Part shown: positions 30,817 to 41,641 of the stretch, piece by piece
Layout of the letters: every line of letters starts with the position of its first letter
How positions within the stretch are numbered: position 1 is the first letter of the stretch
Source: an uncultured virus (IMG/VR IMGVR_UViG_3300006484_000009)
Taxonomy: Duplodnaviria > Heunggongvirae > Uroviricota > Caudoviricetes
IMG/VR virus record: IMGVR_UViG_3300006484_000009
Direction: 5' to 3' (one strand)
DNA: 64,000 bases
Translations under genes and position numbers: made by a program
The notes under the pieces: model-generated
Database searches by the model: none
What the model was told of the DNA's origin: nothing
The model's input: the letters and a program-made list of their open reading frames with translations, nothing else

Positions 30817-31266
30817 ATGGCAGATTGTAAACCAACGAAAAAAAGTGGACCAGTAACGAAAACTGGGTTAAGCTCAATATCACAAGTACTTAAATTATTA
30901 TTAGGTGCATTTAACTTAATGCAAAAACCAGCACAAACAATACCACCGTTTTTATTATTAGCGGGTGCTGAACTTAGACCTGGTATGAGTGGTCGAGATT
31001 TAGCGGCAAACGTAATATCTAGGATGGAATCTGATGCTGGAATACCAATGGGTGATATATTTGGTGATGGACCAAATGCAATATCCTCAGCAATGCTAAT
31101 ACAAGCACAGGAACAAATTTCACATATACAAACTAAAGCTAAAGTTACAACTGTAATTAAACCTGGCGCAGTTCAAATAACAGCTGTTGGTGGTAACGCT
31201 GGTGGACCAATCGTAGTTCAAGGTTCAAACGTATCATTAACACAAAATTCAGGAATACTACAATAA
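30817..31266 (+). CDS. Hypothetical virion protein
   Basis: ORF track. Confidence 0.7.
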   Translation: MADCKPTKKSGPVTKTGLSSISQVLKLLLGAFNLMQKPAQTIPPFLLLAGAELRPGMSGRDLAANVISRMESDAGIPMGDIFGDGPNAISSAMLIQAQEQISHIQTKAKVTTVIKPGAVQITAVGGNAGGPIVVQGSNVSLTQNSGILQ

Positions 31267-31267
31267 T

Positions 31268-31450
31268 ATGAAAACAGATTGGGAAGACAAAGGTAATAAT
31301 GAGATATTATTAGAAATTAAACAATTACAATTAGACCACGAAGCTCTAAAAATGAAAATAGCTAGAGAATTTGATAAATTAGTTGAAATTGAAAATAAAT
31401 TTTATGATGCTAGTAAAATAATAAAAGAAAGATTAAGTGGTAAAAAATAA
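31268..31450 (+). CDS. Small coiled-coil hypothetical protein
   Basis: ORF track; translationally coupled. Confidence 0.7.
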   Translation: MKTDWEDKGNNEILLEIKQLQLDHEALKMKIAREFDKLVEIENKFYDASKIIKERLSGKK

Positions 31451-32526
31451 TGAATACATCTAATTATAATACTGGCCGTCCTAGTTCATTTGATTTAGGA
31501 ACAAAAACATTTAAAACTATGCAACTTGGTGAAGTTGTGTTAGTTGACCCTATAAGTGTAAATCAAACAGACGCTAATCAAAAAAATCAGGATTTAGTTT
31601 ATAATTCAGACCCTTATATCATTAGATGTAGAATAGCTGGTGGTGAGTATGATAATAATAACGGAACCAATTCAACATTACCAAACTGTTTTCCACTTAT
31701 GCCAAAAATGTTATCACCAATACCAAAATTAGGTGAAACTGTTTTAATATTCATGTATGGTGAAGAAGATAGATATAGTGATAGGTTTTATATCGGACCA
31801 ATAACCTCTAATCTAAATTTAATAAACAAACAAACATTAACTGCTGGTTCAACCGCAAATTTATCTACTGGATTTTATTTACCACAAAAAGACTTATCAA
31901 AAGTTGAATCAGTAAAAGGCGTATATGCAGAATATGATAGTAATAACACATTCACTTTAAATGGTAGAGATAATGCTGATATTGTATTTAAACCAAGTGA
32001 AGTGTTAATAAGAGGTGGTAAATTTATTCAAAATAACCCACTAGAATTTAATCAATTAAACCCAGCGTATATACAAGTTAAAAATGGTTTTAATTATACT
32101 GATAATATTAACAACGCAATAACTACTATAACATCTTACTATGGTGTTGGTGGGCCAATATACGCACCAGCAACTAAAAAAATAAGTGTTAATAATATTG
32201 TGGCTGATAAAATTAATTTATTGACTTATAATGGCAGTCCTAATTTTAATTTAACAGAAAGGGATTTATTAAATAGTACAACACCATATATTACAGACGA
32301 TGAGCTTAATACAATACTATCAACTGCACACCCATTAGTATTTGGTGATGTATTAATAGAATATTTAAAAGCGCTGAGAGCAGCATTTGATACACATGTT
32401 CATAACCGCTTTGGCGCTGCACCACCAACTGATAATAAAACAATAGGTAATGCTGTAAGTGATTTTAAAATTTTAGCACCTAAATTAGAGTCAGTAATGT
32501 TATCTAAAAATGTGAGAACTAATTAA
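31450..32526 (+). CDS. Baseplate hub/spike (gp5/gpV-like OB-fold) protein
   Basis: IRCRI...PKLGETVLIF...RFYIG and a C-terminal THVH motif. Confidence 0.6.
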   Translation: MNTSNYNTGRPSSFDLGTKTFKTMQLGEVVLVDPISVNQTDANQKNQDLVYNSDPYIIRCRIAGGEYDNNNGTNSTLPNCFPLMPKMLSPIPKLGETVLIFMYGEEDRYSDRFYIGPITSNLNLINKQTLTAGSTANLSTGFYLPQKDLSKVESVKGVYAEYDSNNTFTLNGRDNADIVFKPSEVLIRGGKFIQNNPLEFNQLNPAYIQVKNGFNYTDNINNAITTITSYYGVGGPIYAPATKKISVNNIVADKINLLTYNGSPNFNLTERDLLNSTTPYITDDELNTILSTAHPLVFGDVLIEYLKALRAAFDTHVHNRFGAAPPTDNKTIGNAVSDFKILAPKLESVMLSKNVRTN

Positions 32527-32556
32527 TATTTCTAGATATTTATTAATAAAAGGAAA

Positions 32557-33999
32557 ATGGTAATTAGAACATATTTCGATAGAAATAACACAATTATATT
32601 AGATGGTTACGCTAATACAGGTAGAAACCCTGTTTCTGAATTATACTATGGTGGTGGTTCAACAAACAAATCTTATAGTAGATTTTTATTTCATTTTGAT
32701 GAAACTAGATTAAAAAATCTACACAATGGTGGTACTTTTCCTAATTTAGGGTTATTAAAACATACATTAATAATGACAAATACTGGCGCATTTGATTTAA
32801 ACTTATTAGGTCGTGATACACCATATGGTAAACAAAGAGCATCATCATTTGATTTAGTTGTTTTTAAATTACCACAAAATTGGGATGAAGGTGTTGGTTA
32901 TGATTATAATATCGATGTACCATTACAAGAACCTAGTTATCAAAATACAAATGGGGCTGGAATCACAGTATACTCAACAAATCCATCAAACTGGACTTAC
33001 GCACAAACAAATTTACCATGGAATAATGGACCTGGAACCTATACTGGGTCACCAACACCTATAATGGTCGGTACGCAACACTTTGAACAAGGTAATGAAA
33101 ATCTTGAAATTGATATTACTGACATTGTAAATACATATTTAACTGGTGCAACAAATTATGGTTTAGGTATAGCATTCCCATATAGTTACGAACAAACAGT
33201 AACAACTGATTACCAAGCTGTCGGATTCTTTACCAGACATACACAAACATTTTATGAACCATATGTTGAAACAACATATTCTTGTCATATAAAAGATGAT
33301 AGAACTGATTTTTATCTGGATAAACCAAATAGAATATATCTATATGTTAACATAAATGGTACACCAACAAATTTAGATGAATTACCAACTGTTAATGTTT
33401 ATGATAATTGTGGTACTATAATATCAAGTTATACTCAAAATGATATAGCACATTGCACAAAAGGTGTTTACTATATTGATTTGCTTGTCCAAACAGGTGG
33501 AAATAACGAGCCTGGGGTGATTATAAATGATGTTTGGGGGAATATTATGATTAATGGTATAAACAGACCTGATATCGAATTATCTGTTGAATTAAAAGAT
33601 TCATTAGATTATTATAATATTGGTGACGCTGATGACTTACCTAAAAAAGTTGGATTTAATATTTCTGGTATAAATCATAATGAAAAAATAAAGAGAGGTG
33701 ATATTAGAAAAGTATTGGTTAGTACAAGAATACCATATACAGTAAATCAAACTCAAAAAATTGATAGATTGGATTATCGATTATATGTCAAAGAAGGTAA
33801 AAATGAATTCACAGTGATTGATTACCAACCATTAGAAATGACACCAAATACTAATTATTTTTTATTGGATACTGCTAGTTTAATACCTAACACTTATTAT
33901 TTAGATGTGAAATATGAATCTAATTTAGAGGTATCAACAAATAGAGAAGTTTTAAAATTTGATATTATATCTCAAGTTGAATTAAGAATTAGTCAGTAA
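32557..33999 (+). CDS. Putative virion structural protein
   Basis: Beta-rich, NWDEGVG; late motif at 32536. Confidence 0.65.
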   Translation: MVIRTYFDRNNTIILDGYANTGRNPVSELYYGGGSTNKSYSRFLFHFDETRLKNLHNGGTFPNLGLLKHTLIMTNTGAFDLNLLGRDTPYGKQRASSFDLVVFKLPQNWDEGVGYDYNIDVPLQEPSYQNTNGAGITVYSTNPSNWTYAQTNLPWNNGPGTYTGSPTPIMVGTQHFEQGNENLEIDITDIVNTYLTGATNYGLGIAFPYSYEQTVTTDYQAVGFFTRHTQTFYEPYVETTYSCHIKDDRTDFYLDKPNRIYLYVNINGTPTNLDELPTVNVYDNCGTIISSYTQNDIAHCTKGVYYIDLLVQTGGNNEPGVIINDVWGNIMINGINRPDIELSVELKDSLDYYNIGDADDLPKKVGFNISGINHNEKIKRGDIRKVLVSTRIPYTVNQTQKIDRLDYRLYVKEGKNEFTVIDYQPLEMTPNTNYFLLDTASLIPNTYYLDVKYESNLEVSTNREVLKFDIISQVELRISQ

Positions 34000-34283
34000 T
34001 GAAAGAATTTATAAAAAATAGATTAAGAGAAAGTATATCAAACCCAATATGTAATATAATGACAGTAAATACCTATGAAGAAGGTATTGAACACTTAAGA
34101 AAACATATTGGGACACCAGAAGAAAATCCAGAAGCTTGGGCTCAAATAACAAAACCACTTAAAATGTGGAAAGATATTACAATCCAAATTAGAAAAGAAT
34201 TAGCTAGTGGTGCCACTGGTGATTCAGAAGTTGATGAATCAGATACCTGGTGGTCAGCAATTATTAGTAGGTTTTGTAGATAA
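33999..34283 (+). CDS. Hypothetical protein
   Basis: ORF track. Confidence 0.7.
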   Translation: MKEFIKNRLRESISNPICNIMTVNTYEEGIEHLRKHIGTPEENPEAWAQITKPLKMWKDITIQIRKELASGATGDSEVDESDTWWSAIISRFCR

Positions 34284-34431
34284 TATAAAATACCTATTTA
34301 CAATTTTTTATTTTACCGTATATTTATTAACAGTTAAACTCCGTATTAGTTTTGAGTCAAATTTGACTTTAGAGTTGTTTAGGCAACAAAGAAATTAGTA
34401 CATTAATAACAAAAATTAAAAAGTTAAAAAA

Positions 34432-35253
34432 ATGAAAATTAGTGTAAACAGAGAGGTTTCTACCCCTCAAGCATTTATTGCTGTAAACAAAAGTAGAATT
34501 AAACAATATAATAAGTTAAATGAGACCCCAACTTATTATCTTCAAAAGGGGCAAGAATTCCAATTAGAATTATTTAATCCAACAACTGGGACTATTTTAG
34601 CTAAAATATTCTTAAATGGTAATGCTATATCACAAGGTGGACTTGTTTTAAAGCCAGGACAGCGTATTTTCCTTGATAGATACATCGATGTAGCCAAAAA
34701 GTTTTTATTTGATACCTACGAGGTCTCAAATACAAATGAAGTTAAAAAAGCTATTGAAGATAATGGTGATTTTAAAGTTGAATTCTATAAAGAATTTGTA
34801 TTACAAGTTAAACCTAACTATTTTAGTGGTAATATTGGGACTACAACTATTACTTACGTAAATAATAATCTAACAGATGGTACTTATAATCTTCCAGTTA
34901 ATAATAATACTTTAGGGTTTTATGATACCCAATCACTATACTCAAATACAAAATTAAATGCAAATATAAATTTAAATTCTTTTAAGGGACCAAATATTAG
35001 AAGTAAAAAAAGTTTAACTAGGTCAATTGAAACTGGTAGAGTTGAACAAGGTTCACAATCAAGTCAAAAACTAACAACTGTTAATATGAATTGGGAAATT
35101 TATCCTTTCCATACCTTGGAGTATAAAATGCTACCATTATCTCAAAAAATAAACACATCTGAAGATATCAATATAAAACGATATTGTACAAACTGTGGTG
35201 CTAAACTAAGTAAGGGACATAAATTTTGTTCTAGTTGTGGCACAAAAGCTTAA
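34432..35253 (+). CDS. Protein with C-terminal zinc ribbon
   Basis: YCTNCG...KFCSSCG. Confidence 0.8.
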   Translation: MKISVNREVSTPQAFIAVNKSRIKQYNKLNETPTYYLQKGQEFQLELFNPTTGTILAKIFLNGNAISQGGLVLKPGQRIFLDRYIDVAKKFLFDTYEVSNTNEVKKAIEDNGDFKVEFYKEFVLQVKPNYFSGNIGTTTITYVNNNLTDGTYNLPVNNNTLGFYDTQSLYSNTKLNANINLNSFKGPNIRSKKSLTRSIETGRVEQGSQSSQKLTTVNMNWEIYPFHTLEYKMLPLSQKINTSEDINIKRYCTNCGAKLSKGHKFCSSCGTKA

Positions 35254-35281
35254 ATAAATAAAAAGGAGTTAACTACAAAAC

Positions 35282-35312
35282 AAAAAAGGCCACCGTTAGG
35301 TAGCCTTTTTTT
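35282..35312. terminator. Bidirectional intrinsic terminator between convergent genes
   Basis: AAAAAAGGCCACC-GTTA-GGTAGCCTTTTTT. Confidence 0.8.
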
Positions 35313-35329
35313 ATGAATTAGATTTTTAT

Positions 35330-35863
35330 TTAACTATTTTGTATTTGATTGATTCGCTCTTTTTTTCTAACTATCTCTTCTTTATTCTGTGCTATAACAC
35401 CAAAACGGTCCGCATATGTCCCATTTTTAAACTCTACTTCCAGAGAAGCAGTTTCTTTTTCTAATTGTTTAATTTGACGCTGTAATGATTTAATAGTCTT
35501 AATATCTTCTGGACGTAGGATACCTACCTCTTTACGTTCCCAATATAATTCTGGTGGATTACCTACTTCAACTTTTGTAATACCTTTATCATCATAATAC
35601 GCAAAATAAGGCCTACCATGTTCTGTATGACCTATTAACCCTTCACTTCGGTTGATTATAGATTTTAAAAAAGAAGCTTGTTTTTCACTTTTAAACATAC
35701 CATTATTATTTTTAGCCAACCCTAATACAGACATTTTTAAATCAGTAAAATTTTCGGATAAAACATCTTTACTATTTTGAACCAACCCTTTTGATTCTAA
35801 ATATCTTTGTTCAGCTAATAAATTTACTTTTTCTATATTAGTTGTTTTATCAAATCTTCTCAT
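35330..35863 (-). CDS. Hypothetical late protein
   Basis: ORF track; ATATTTAT at 35877-35884. Confidence 0.8.
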   Translation of the reverse strand: MRRFDKTTNIEKVNLLAEQRYLESKGLVQNSKDVLSENFTDLKMSVLGLAKNNNGMFKSEKQASFLKSIINRSEGLIGHTEHGRPYFAYYDDKGITKVEVGNPPELYWERKEVGILRPEDIKTIKSLQRQIKQLEKETASLEVEFKNGTYADRFGVIAQNKEEIVRKKERINQIQNS

Positions 35864-35892
35864 ATTCTTTTTAATTATAAATATCTAAAAAT

Positions 35893-36576
35893 TTATAAAA
35901 GTTTTGTCCCCTTGCTCAAATTATCTGACTCCCACAATGGTTGAAGATTATCCAAACACCAACATAATTTAAACTCTCTATCATCTGTAGTTTCAAAATT
36001 AAAACTAGTCATCGGTATCTTATGGTCAACGTGCCACTCACCGTAATTATCCCATGTCATCCCCTCTGTAAATTGTTTTTCTAAATGAGACATCAATTCC
36101 TCTAACGTGTAACCTAACAATTCAAATGTGGAACGATACTTAGCAACATTACGTTCTTTTAAACATGTCCACACAGCTGTTCGTGTCCTTACACCTAAAC
36201 GATATTTTGGGTCAACACGTCTACGATTACGCTCATAATCACGTTTGTATTTATCAACATGTACCTTATTCAACTCTCGCCAATTACTATGTGTTTTACG
36301 CAGATGTTCTCTATTTTCTTTAGACCACTCTTTATGGTATTCACTGAGTTTATCTTTATTCTTAGTTATATATCGTTTATCAGCTGCTGATTTACCGCCA
36401 ATATTTCTTCGACCAGATTGACCCATTACAATACCATTCTCCTTTAGTGTTCTATTGATAACAGCTTTATGTACTTTAAATGCTTCACCAATTGATGGTG
36501 TACCCATTTTTTCCTCTACATACATTCTGATTATCTCTTTTGTATCTTCTTCGTTAAATACTATTTTCTTACTCAT
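35893..36576 (-). mobile_element. Free-standing HNH homing endonuclease
   Basis: MTWDNYGEWHVDHKIP...NLQPLWESDNLSK; N-terminal HTH-like segment. Confidence 0.85.
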
Positions 36577-36672
36577 ACCTTATATTTTATACAAATATAC
36601 TAATAATATTTTAAATAGTCAATACAAAATAACCATAAAATCTATTATTTATATAAAAAAGTTTATAACAAC

Positions 36673-36701
36673 AAAAAAGGCTAGAAGTTAATCTAGCCTT
36701 T
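36673..36701 (-). terminator. Terminator after major capsid gene
   Basis: AAAAAAGGCTAGA-AGTTAA-TCTAGCCTTTT. Confidence 0.8.
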
Positions 36702-36723
36702 TATGTTATTGATTTATAAGATA

Positions 36724-38505
36724 TTATCTTAATTCATTGATGTTAAATGTTGGTACACCATCAACTCTTACATGTCCGTAAAAACGGTTGTTCACAACTT
36801 TTTTTGCATATCTCGTCATAATTCCCTTTACTGGTGCAAAGTTGAACGGGTTATACATTGTAGGTGTAAGTTGCATTGGCACGTATGGTGCGTAGATGTA
36901 ACCTGTATCTAACAATGATTTTCCTTTATGACCGATAATCATTGAGTAGAAAGGTGCATATGGGTCACGGTACACTTGGTAACGACCTGACAATGAACCT
37001 ACTCTTTCAATACCCATGTTGTATTGGTCTTGCTCTGGGTTAGCATCACTTACGTGGAAGTACTCTAAATCATCCATGATTGCAGATATTTCAGAAGAAA
37101 TTACGATAAAGTTAGCACCACCTCTAAGGGTTGATTTGTGAATTTGTGCTGAAATTTGGTTAACTTTAGTAATTAAAGTTTGATTCCAGTCTTTTTGCGT
37201 GTATGGACTAGCAGCTGAAGAAGCTTTTCTCCATCCGTTATAATCCCAACGTAATTGCCATGCAGCAGCTTTTCTTAAGTCTCTTAAGATTTCACGGTCA
37301 ATTTCAGCAGCAACTTGCTCAGAAAGCATAGCTGTTAATTCTGCCTCAGCATCGATGTTGTGGAATGCACTAACATCTTGAGCTAATTCTGGAGACCATG
37401 TAGCTCTTAGTTTTCTTTCTTCTACAGAAACAACAACTTCATCCAATTTGAATGATACTTCACCCATTTCAGTTTCTAATTCTAATGAATCATAACGTCC
37501 CCAAGCGATTGAGAAATCAAGAGCCGTTGTAGTTGTACCAGTAACACCAACATAACCATCGTAAGTTGGAGTAGTAACAGCTGGGTGAGTTAAATCTAAT
37601 TCAACATACATAACACCAACAGCGTCACAGATATCACCATAAGAAACGATACCTTTACCATATTTTTGTGTTACTAATCTGAATGGAACTGAACCATTAG
37701 CAGCAACAACTGCAAAACCATCTTGGTCAAGTAATGTATTGTCAGAAACAATGATTAATGATGCTAAGAAAGCTTCAGTATCCATTTCGTTTCCGTCTGG
37801 ACCTGTTAATCTACCAGCTCTAACGTCAGAGAAACCAGAGATTGCAATAATTGCATTTCTAATTGAACCATCAGTTGCAGTAGGTAGGAAAGAAAAATCA
37901 GCAACTGTATTAAAGTTACCATTAGTACCTAAAGTTTTCAATACACCATCACCAACTGCGATAGTCAATGTACCTTTAGAGTTATCAAACATACCATCGT
38001 TGTAGAAAATATCGTACAAGTTTTTAGCTTGGTATGGAGTTACTGTACAACCGTCAACTGGTTGAACACAACTTGGTAATTGGTCACCCATACCTGTGTG
38101 TGCAGAGTAAGTAGTACCGTAAGGTGTTGTAGCGTAATTATCACCAGCGTTTCCGTTAGCATCAACTCTTGAAGAAGTTTGAGGTACGAAGAAAAACAAT
38201 TTACCGATTGGCATGTTCATAGCTTGTACAGATACTACATCATTAGCTAATAATTTAGAGAAAACTCTTCTTACGATTGGGAAAACTACAGTTTCGAAAG
38301 AACCTGAAGACGTAGAGTCTGTAGCTTCAGTTAAAATTGAAGAAGCTTGGTTCTCATATAACTGAGCAACGTTTTCCTTAATGTGGCCCTTAAGACCTTC
38401 CAAGAATCCTAAAGATTCCCATTTAGATTGTGTTTGTCTACGGATTTCCTTCATGTGGTTTAATCCGATGTTTCCAACTTGTCCTGAGTTTAAAAATTGT
38501 GACAT
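36724..38505 (-). CDS. Major capsid protein (T4 gp23-like)
   Basis: VSVQAM, RKLRATWSPELAQD...HNIDAEAEL...EIDREI, YAPYVP, GIMTRY. Confidence 0.95.
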   Translation of the reverse strand: MSQFLNSGQVGNIGLNHMKEIRRQTQSKWESLGFLEGLKGHIKENVAQLYENQASSILTEATDSTSSGSFETVVFPIVRRVFSKLLANDVVSVQAMNMPIGKLFFFVPQTSSRVDANGNAGDNYATTPYGTTYSAHTGMGDQLPSCVQPVDGCTVTPYQAKNLYDIFYNDGMFDNSKGTLTIAVGDGVLKTLGTNGNFNTVADFSFLPTATDGSIRNAIIAISGFSDVRAGRLTGPDGNEMDTEAFLASLIIVSDNTLLDQDGFAVVAANGSVPFRLVTQKYGKGIVSYGDICDAVGVMYVELDLTHPAVTTPTYDGYVGVTGTTTTALDFSIAWGRYDSLELETEMGEVSFKLDEVVVSVEERKLRATWSPELAQDVSAFHNIDAEAELTAMLSEQVAAEIDREILRDLRKAAAWQLRWDYNGWRKASSAASPYTQKDWNQTLITKVNQISAQIHKSTLRGGANFIVISSEISAIMDDLEYFHVSDANPEQDQYNMGIERVGSLSGRYQVYRDPYAPFYSMIIGHKGKSLLDTGYIYAPYVPMQLTPTMYNPFNFAPVKGIMTRYAKKVVNNRFYGHVRVDGVPTFNINELR

Positions 38506-38538
38506 AATTTTATTTTTTTTTTGTTTTTTTTATTATTA

Positions 38539-39888
38539 TTATCTTTTTTCGACTCTATTCATCAAATCTTTGATTCTTTGAGTTTCTTTGTCGATATAAG
38601 CGGTAGACTCATTTAATTGTTTTGATACACCACTTGTAACATCTTTATTTAATTTTCTATCGATTGATTCGGTCATTGGTTTTCTAGAAGACAATTCACT
38701 AACAATCGTTTTGTATAACCTTTTTGATTCTTTAAGAGTTGAAACTTCTTCATCAAATCTTTTTAAGATTACTTGTTTCTCATCTTTAGTTGTAGTTTGT
38801 TCCATAAACAACTTAGTTACGTAAGTTAAATTAGAATTGAATACAACTGTTTCTGCTAACATAGTTCTGAATTGTTTAAGAGCTTCTTTGTATTCTTCAT
38901 TTTTACCTCTTAAATCTTTAGTTTCAGCTAACAGATTATTATATTTGTTCGCAACTTCATTAATAGACATTGTTGATTTCTTAGACTCTTTTAAGTTATC
39001 AGCACCAGCACCTTTAGGTTGACCAATATTAGCTTTACCTGGTAATCTGTGTGCTTGACCAGAACCAACTGGAATTGATTCTTCCAAAGTTTCTTCTTCT
39101 TCAGTTTCTTCTTCTTCTTCAGATTCTGACATAACCATATCACCTTCAGCTTTCGCATGAGCCATATCGTCATCAAATCCACCTTCTAAATTATCACCAG
39201 CCCAGTTATCGTCATTTTCATTACCCAACGGAGCTTTAATACCATCAATGTTTTCCATCTCATCAAGTGCGATTTCATACATAACTTCGTCAACTTCTTC
39301 AGTTTCTTCTTCACCACCACCAAATGCATCAGCAGAAAATTCATCAGTATCAACATCAGCTGTAAAATCATCAGCATCACCTTCAGGTTCTACTCCAGAT
39401 TCTTCAGCGCCAGTTTTGATAATAAATTTCCCTGGTTCATTTACAGATAGTTTAATGTCTCCTGTTTCATCGTCAACAACAACTTCAATTTCACTATCAC
39501 CAGTAAGTTCTTTATAAACTCTGATAACAGCATCGTCAGACGCTCCTGTCATATCAACCGTGTCTCCACCAAGCGGCTCAGCGCTCATACTCATTTCGTC
39601 ATTACCTTCTAGGTCATCACCTTCTATTGAGTCATCAGTTGTAACTACATCATCAGTATCCGTTTCTTCTTCAGTATCTTCTACTTCAGCTCCCACTTCA
39701 ACGTCATCTGTCGTTTCATCAGCATCTTCTTCATCATAATCTTTTTCAAAAGATTCTTTCACTAATCCATCAATTTCTTCGATAGCTACACTTCGAAGTA
39801 TTTCTTTTGTGTTGGCGTTAAGTGCCTCTTGGATTCTTTTCGCATCCAATAGAGCGCTTTCAATAATAGATTTATTTTTTTCTGCCAT
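38539..39888 (-). CDS. Prohead scaffold/core protein (gp22-like)
   Basis: Highly acidic with C-terminal coiled coil; lies between protease and capsid genes. Confidence 0.75.
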   Translation of the reverse strand: MAEKNKSIIESALLDAKRIQEALNANTKEILRSVAIEEIDGLVKESFEKDYDEEDADETTDDVEVGAEVEDTEEETDTDDVVTTDDSIEGDDLEGNDEMSMSAEPLGGDTVDMTGASDDAVIRVYKELTGDSEIEVVVDDETGDIKLSVNEPGKFIIKTGAEESGVEPEGDADDFTADVDTDEFSADAFGGGEEETEEVDEVMYEIALDEMENIDGIKAPLGNENDDNWAGDNLEGGFDDDMAHAKAEGDMVMSESEEEEETEEEETLEESIPVGSGQAHRLPGKANIGQPKGAGADNLKESKKSTMSINEVANKYNNLLAETKDLRGKNEEYKEALKQFRTMLAETVVFNSNLTYVTKLFMEQTTTKDEKQVILKRFDEEVSTLKESKRLYKTIVSELSSRKPMTESIDRKLNKDVTSGVSKQLNESTAYIDKETQRIKDLMNRVEKR

Positions 39889-39992
39889 TTTTAAATGTTT
39901 TTTTAAATATTATTAAAGGGATTTACCCCTCACTTCTTTATAAATATGTTTATTTTATCAAAAAGTTAATTTTTGAAAAAATTATTTATTAT

Positions 39993-40691
39993 TTAATCTA
40001 ATAAAAATTTATTTAATCCATCGATTAATAAATTCTTTTCTATTTTAACTGATTCAACGAATGGTTTAGATTCAGCCCTATCTTTAAACATCCAAGAGCC
40101 AGGTGTGCTAGGTGCTGTTACAATATCCCAACAAATTATTTCAAAATCTTCTTGAACAATGTGGTCACCATTAACTTCTCTTAATGAACCAACACCTCTA
40201 GATGATACACCAATCATAATATTATTTCTTAAAAGATTTGCAACTTCATCACCTTTAGTTGATACAATACCAAGGTTAATATAACCTGGAGTCATTAAGA
40301 TTTCCATTTTACCCATTAAGGTTTTACCTTCCCACCACGTTTCAATAATATTATGTGATACTCTATCACCAGCTATAATTGAAGACTCTGGGTGGTCTAA
40401 TTCACCTATTGCTCTTCTTTCTCTAATTAATTGTTGGTACCTATCATTTTCTCTTTTAAGAATTGGTTCTGGATATATCCTACCATTTCTATTTTTAACA
40501 CTATGTTTTTGTAAGACAACATAAACAACTAGTGGTTCATTGATAGTAGGGTGTGAGTCAGAATTCAAACTTTTCATTTCAGTTATAAAAGGTTTGTTTC
40601 TAATATCACTAGGCGAAATATAGCCAGCATCAGATTCAACCATGAATCCAAAACCAGTCTCACCAGCTTTTAATATTTTAATGTCTGACAT
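39993..40691 (-). CDS. Prohead protease (T4 gp21-like)
   Basis: NRNGRIYP, GELDHP, VSH, GVSSRGVGS, DIVTAPS; start placed at 40691. Confidence 0.93.
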   Translation of the reverse strand: MSDIKILKAGETGFGFMVESDAGYISPSDIRNKPFITEMKSLNSDSHPTINEPLVVYVVLQKHSVKNRNGRIYPEPILKRENDRYQQLIRERRAIGELDHPESSIIAGDRVSHNIIETWWEGKTLMGKMEILMTPGYINLGIVSTKGDEVANLLRNNIMIGVSSRGVGSLREVNGDHIVQEDFEIICWDIVTAPSTPGSWMFKDRAESKPFVESVKIEKNLLIDGLNKFLLD

Positions 40692-40725
40692 ATTACTTTT
40701 TATTAATAAATATGCCATATAAAAC

Positions 40726-40754
40726 AAAAAACCCCGAACTTAATTCGGGGCTTT
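40726..40754 (-). terminator. Intrinsic terminator
   Basis: CCCCGAA-CTTAA-TTCGGGG with a T-tract on the minus strand. Confidence 0.8.
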
Positions 40755-40755
40755 A

Positions 40756-41193
40756 TTATTTTTTAGTTTTATGGAATTCAAAGTATTCCGATTCATCAAA
40801 AACACTTTCAATTATATTAGTGATAATTTCACTTATATGTTCTTTTATTTTTTTATCTTGTATTTTGAAGTTATTTAATTTAAACAATGTAATTTCACAA
40901 TTCATATAACTTTTCTTGTCAAAGGATATTCCAGAATTTCGCATATCTAAATCTACAATTGACCTACCTGATTCAAATAACCCTTTATCCAGATTATCAA
41001 ATAGTTTTGATTTTATTTGTTTGTTTATTTTTCTGATTACATCAGAATAATTGATTTCACCATCAACCTTTGGTTTACCCCAAGCAGAAATAGTAATATA
41101 CATTGCCTTTGGGTTTTTATTATCTATAGTTCCTGTGGTTATTTTATAATTTTTAAATAATTCTAGTTTCATTTGTTTTCCTGTTTTAAGCAT
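40756..41193 (-). CDS. Hypothetical phage protein
   Basis: ORF track. Confidence 0.8.
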   Translation of the reverse strand: MLKTGKQMKLELFKNYKITTGTIDNKNPKAMYITISAWGKPKVDGEINYSDVIRKINKQIKSKLFDNLDKGLFESGRSIVDLDMRNSGISFDKKSYMNCEITLFKLNNFKIQDKKIKEHISEIITNIIESVFDESEYFEFHKTKK

Positions 41194-41210
41194 ATTTTAA
41201 ATTTTTAATA

Positions 41211-41239
41211 ATTATACTTAAAATAATCCAATAAGTCAA
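41211..41239 (-). promoter_or_regulatory. Sigma70-like promoter TTGACT-N17-TATAAT
   Basis: Near-consensus boxes with 17-nt spacer upstream of 41193. Confidence 0.5.
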
Positions 41240-41631
41240 CCCCTAGTAACCCTACCAATAAATACTAAACCATTAATTTCTGGGAAATATTTACCCTTCC
41301 AAGATACGGATATTAGATTACCATCTTTTTTGTATAAAGTTGATTTAAACCCATCAAAATATTGACCACCTTTTTTAATAGTATCTATATGATTCATAAC
41401 TGATGTTAATTCGTGTTTTGGTACTATATTCTCCCATCCTTTATCAACGCAACTATATTCCATAATACCTGTTAGAAGCTCCCAATCACCATTTACAGCA
41501 ATAAACTTATCCGTAGTGGATGATTGGATTAATCTAATAACATAATCATTATGTCTTTCTGATAGTTTCTCAACTAATTCTAGTTGTTTTAATTCTAGTT
41601 TTGCAACTGTAATCTGTAACTGATTATTCAT
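41236..41631 (-). CDS. Stand-alone PAS-domain protein
   Basis: FIAVNGDWELLTG...WENIVP...KKDGNLISVSWKG; start at 41631. Confidence 0.7.
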   Translation of the reverse strand: MNNQLQITVAKLELKQLELVEKLSERHNDYVIRLIQSSTTDKFIAVNGDWELLTGIMEYSCVDKGWENIVPKHELTSVMNHIDTIKKGGQYFDGFKSTLYKKDGNLISVSWKGKYFPEINGLVFIGRVTRG

Positions 41632-41641
41632 AACTATAATA

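Noticed and set aside
39993..40727. Track start positions at 40727, 41697, 9940, 12688, 19900 and 62588
   Set aside because: They overlap upstream genes, terminators or promoter motifs; downstream ATGs fit better.
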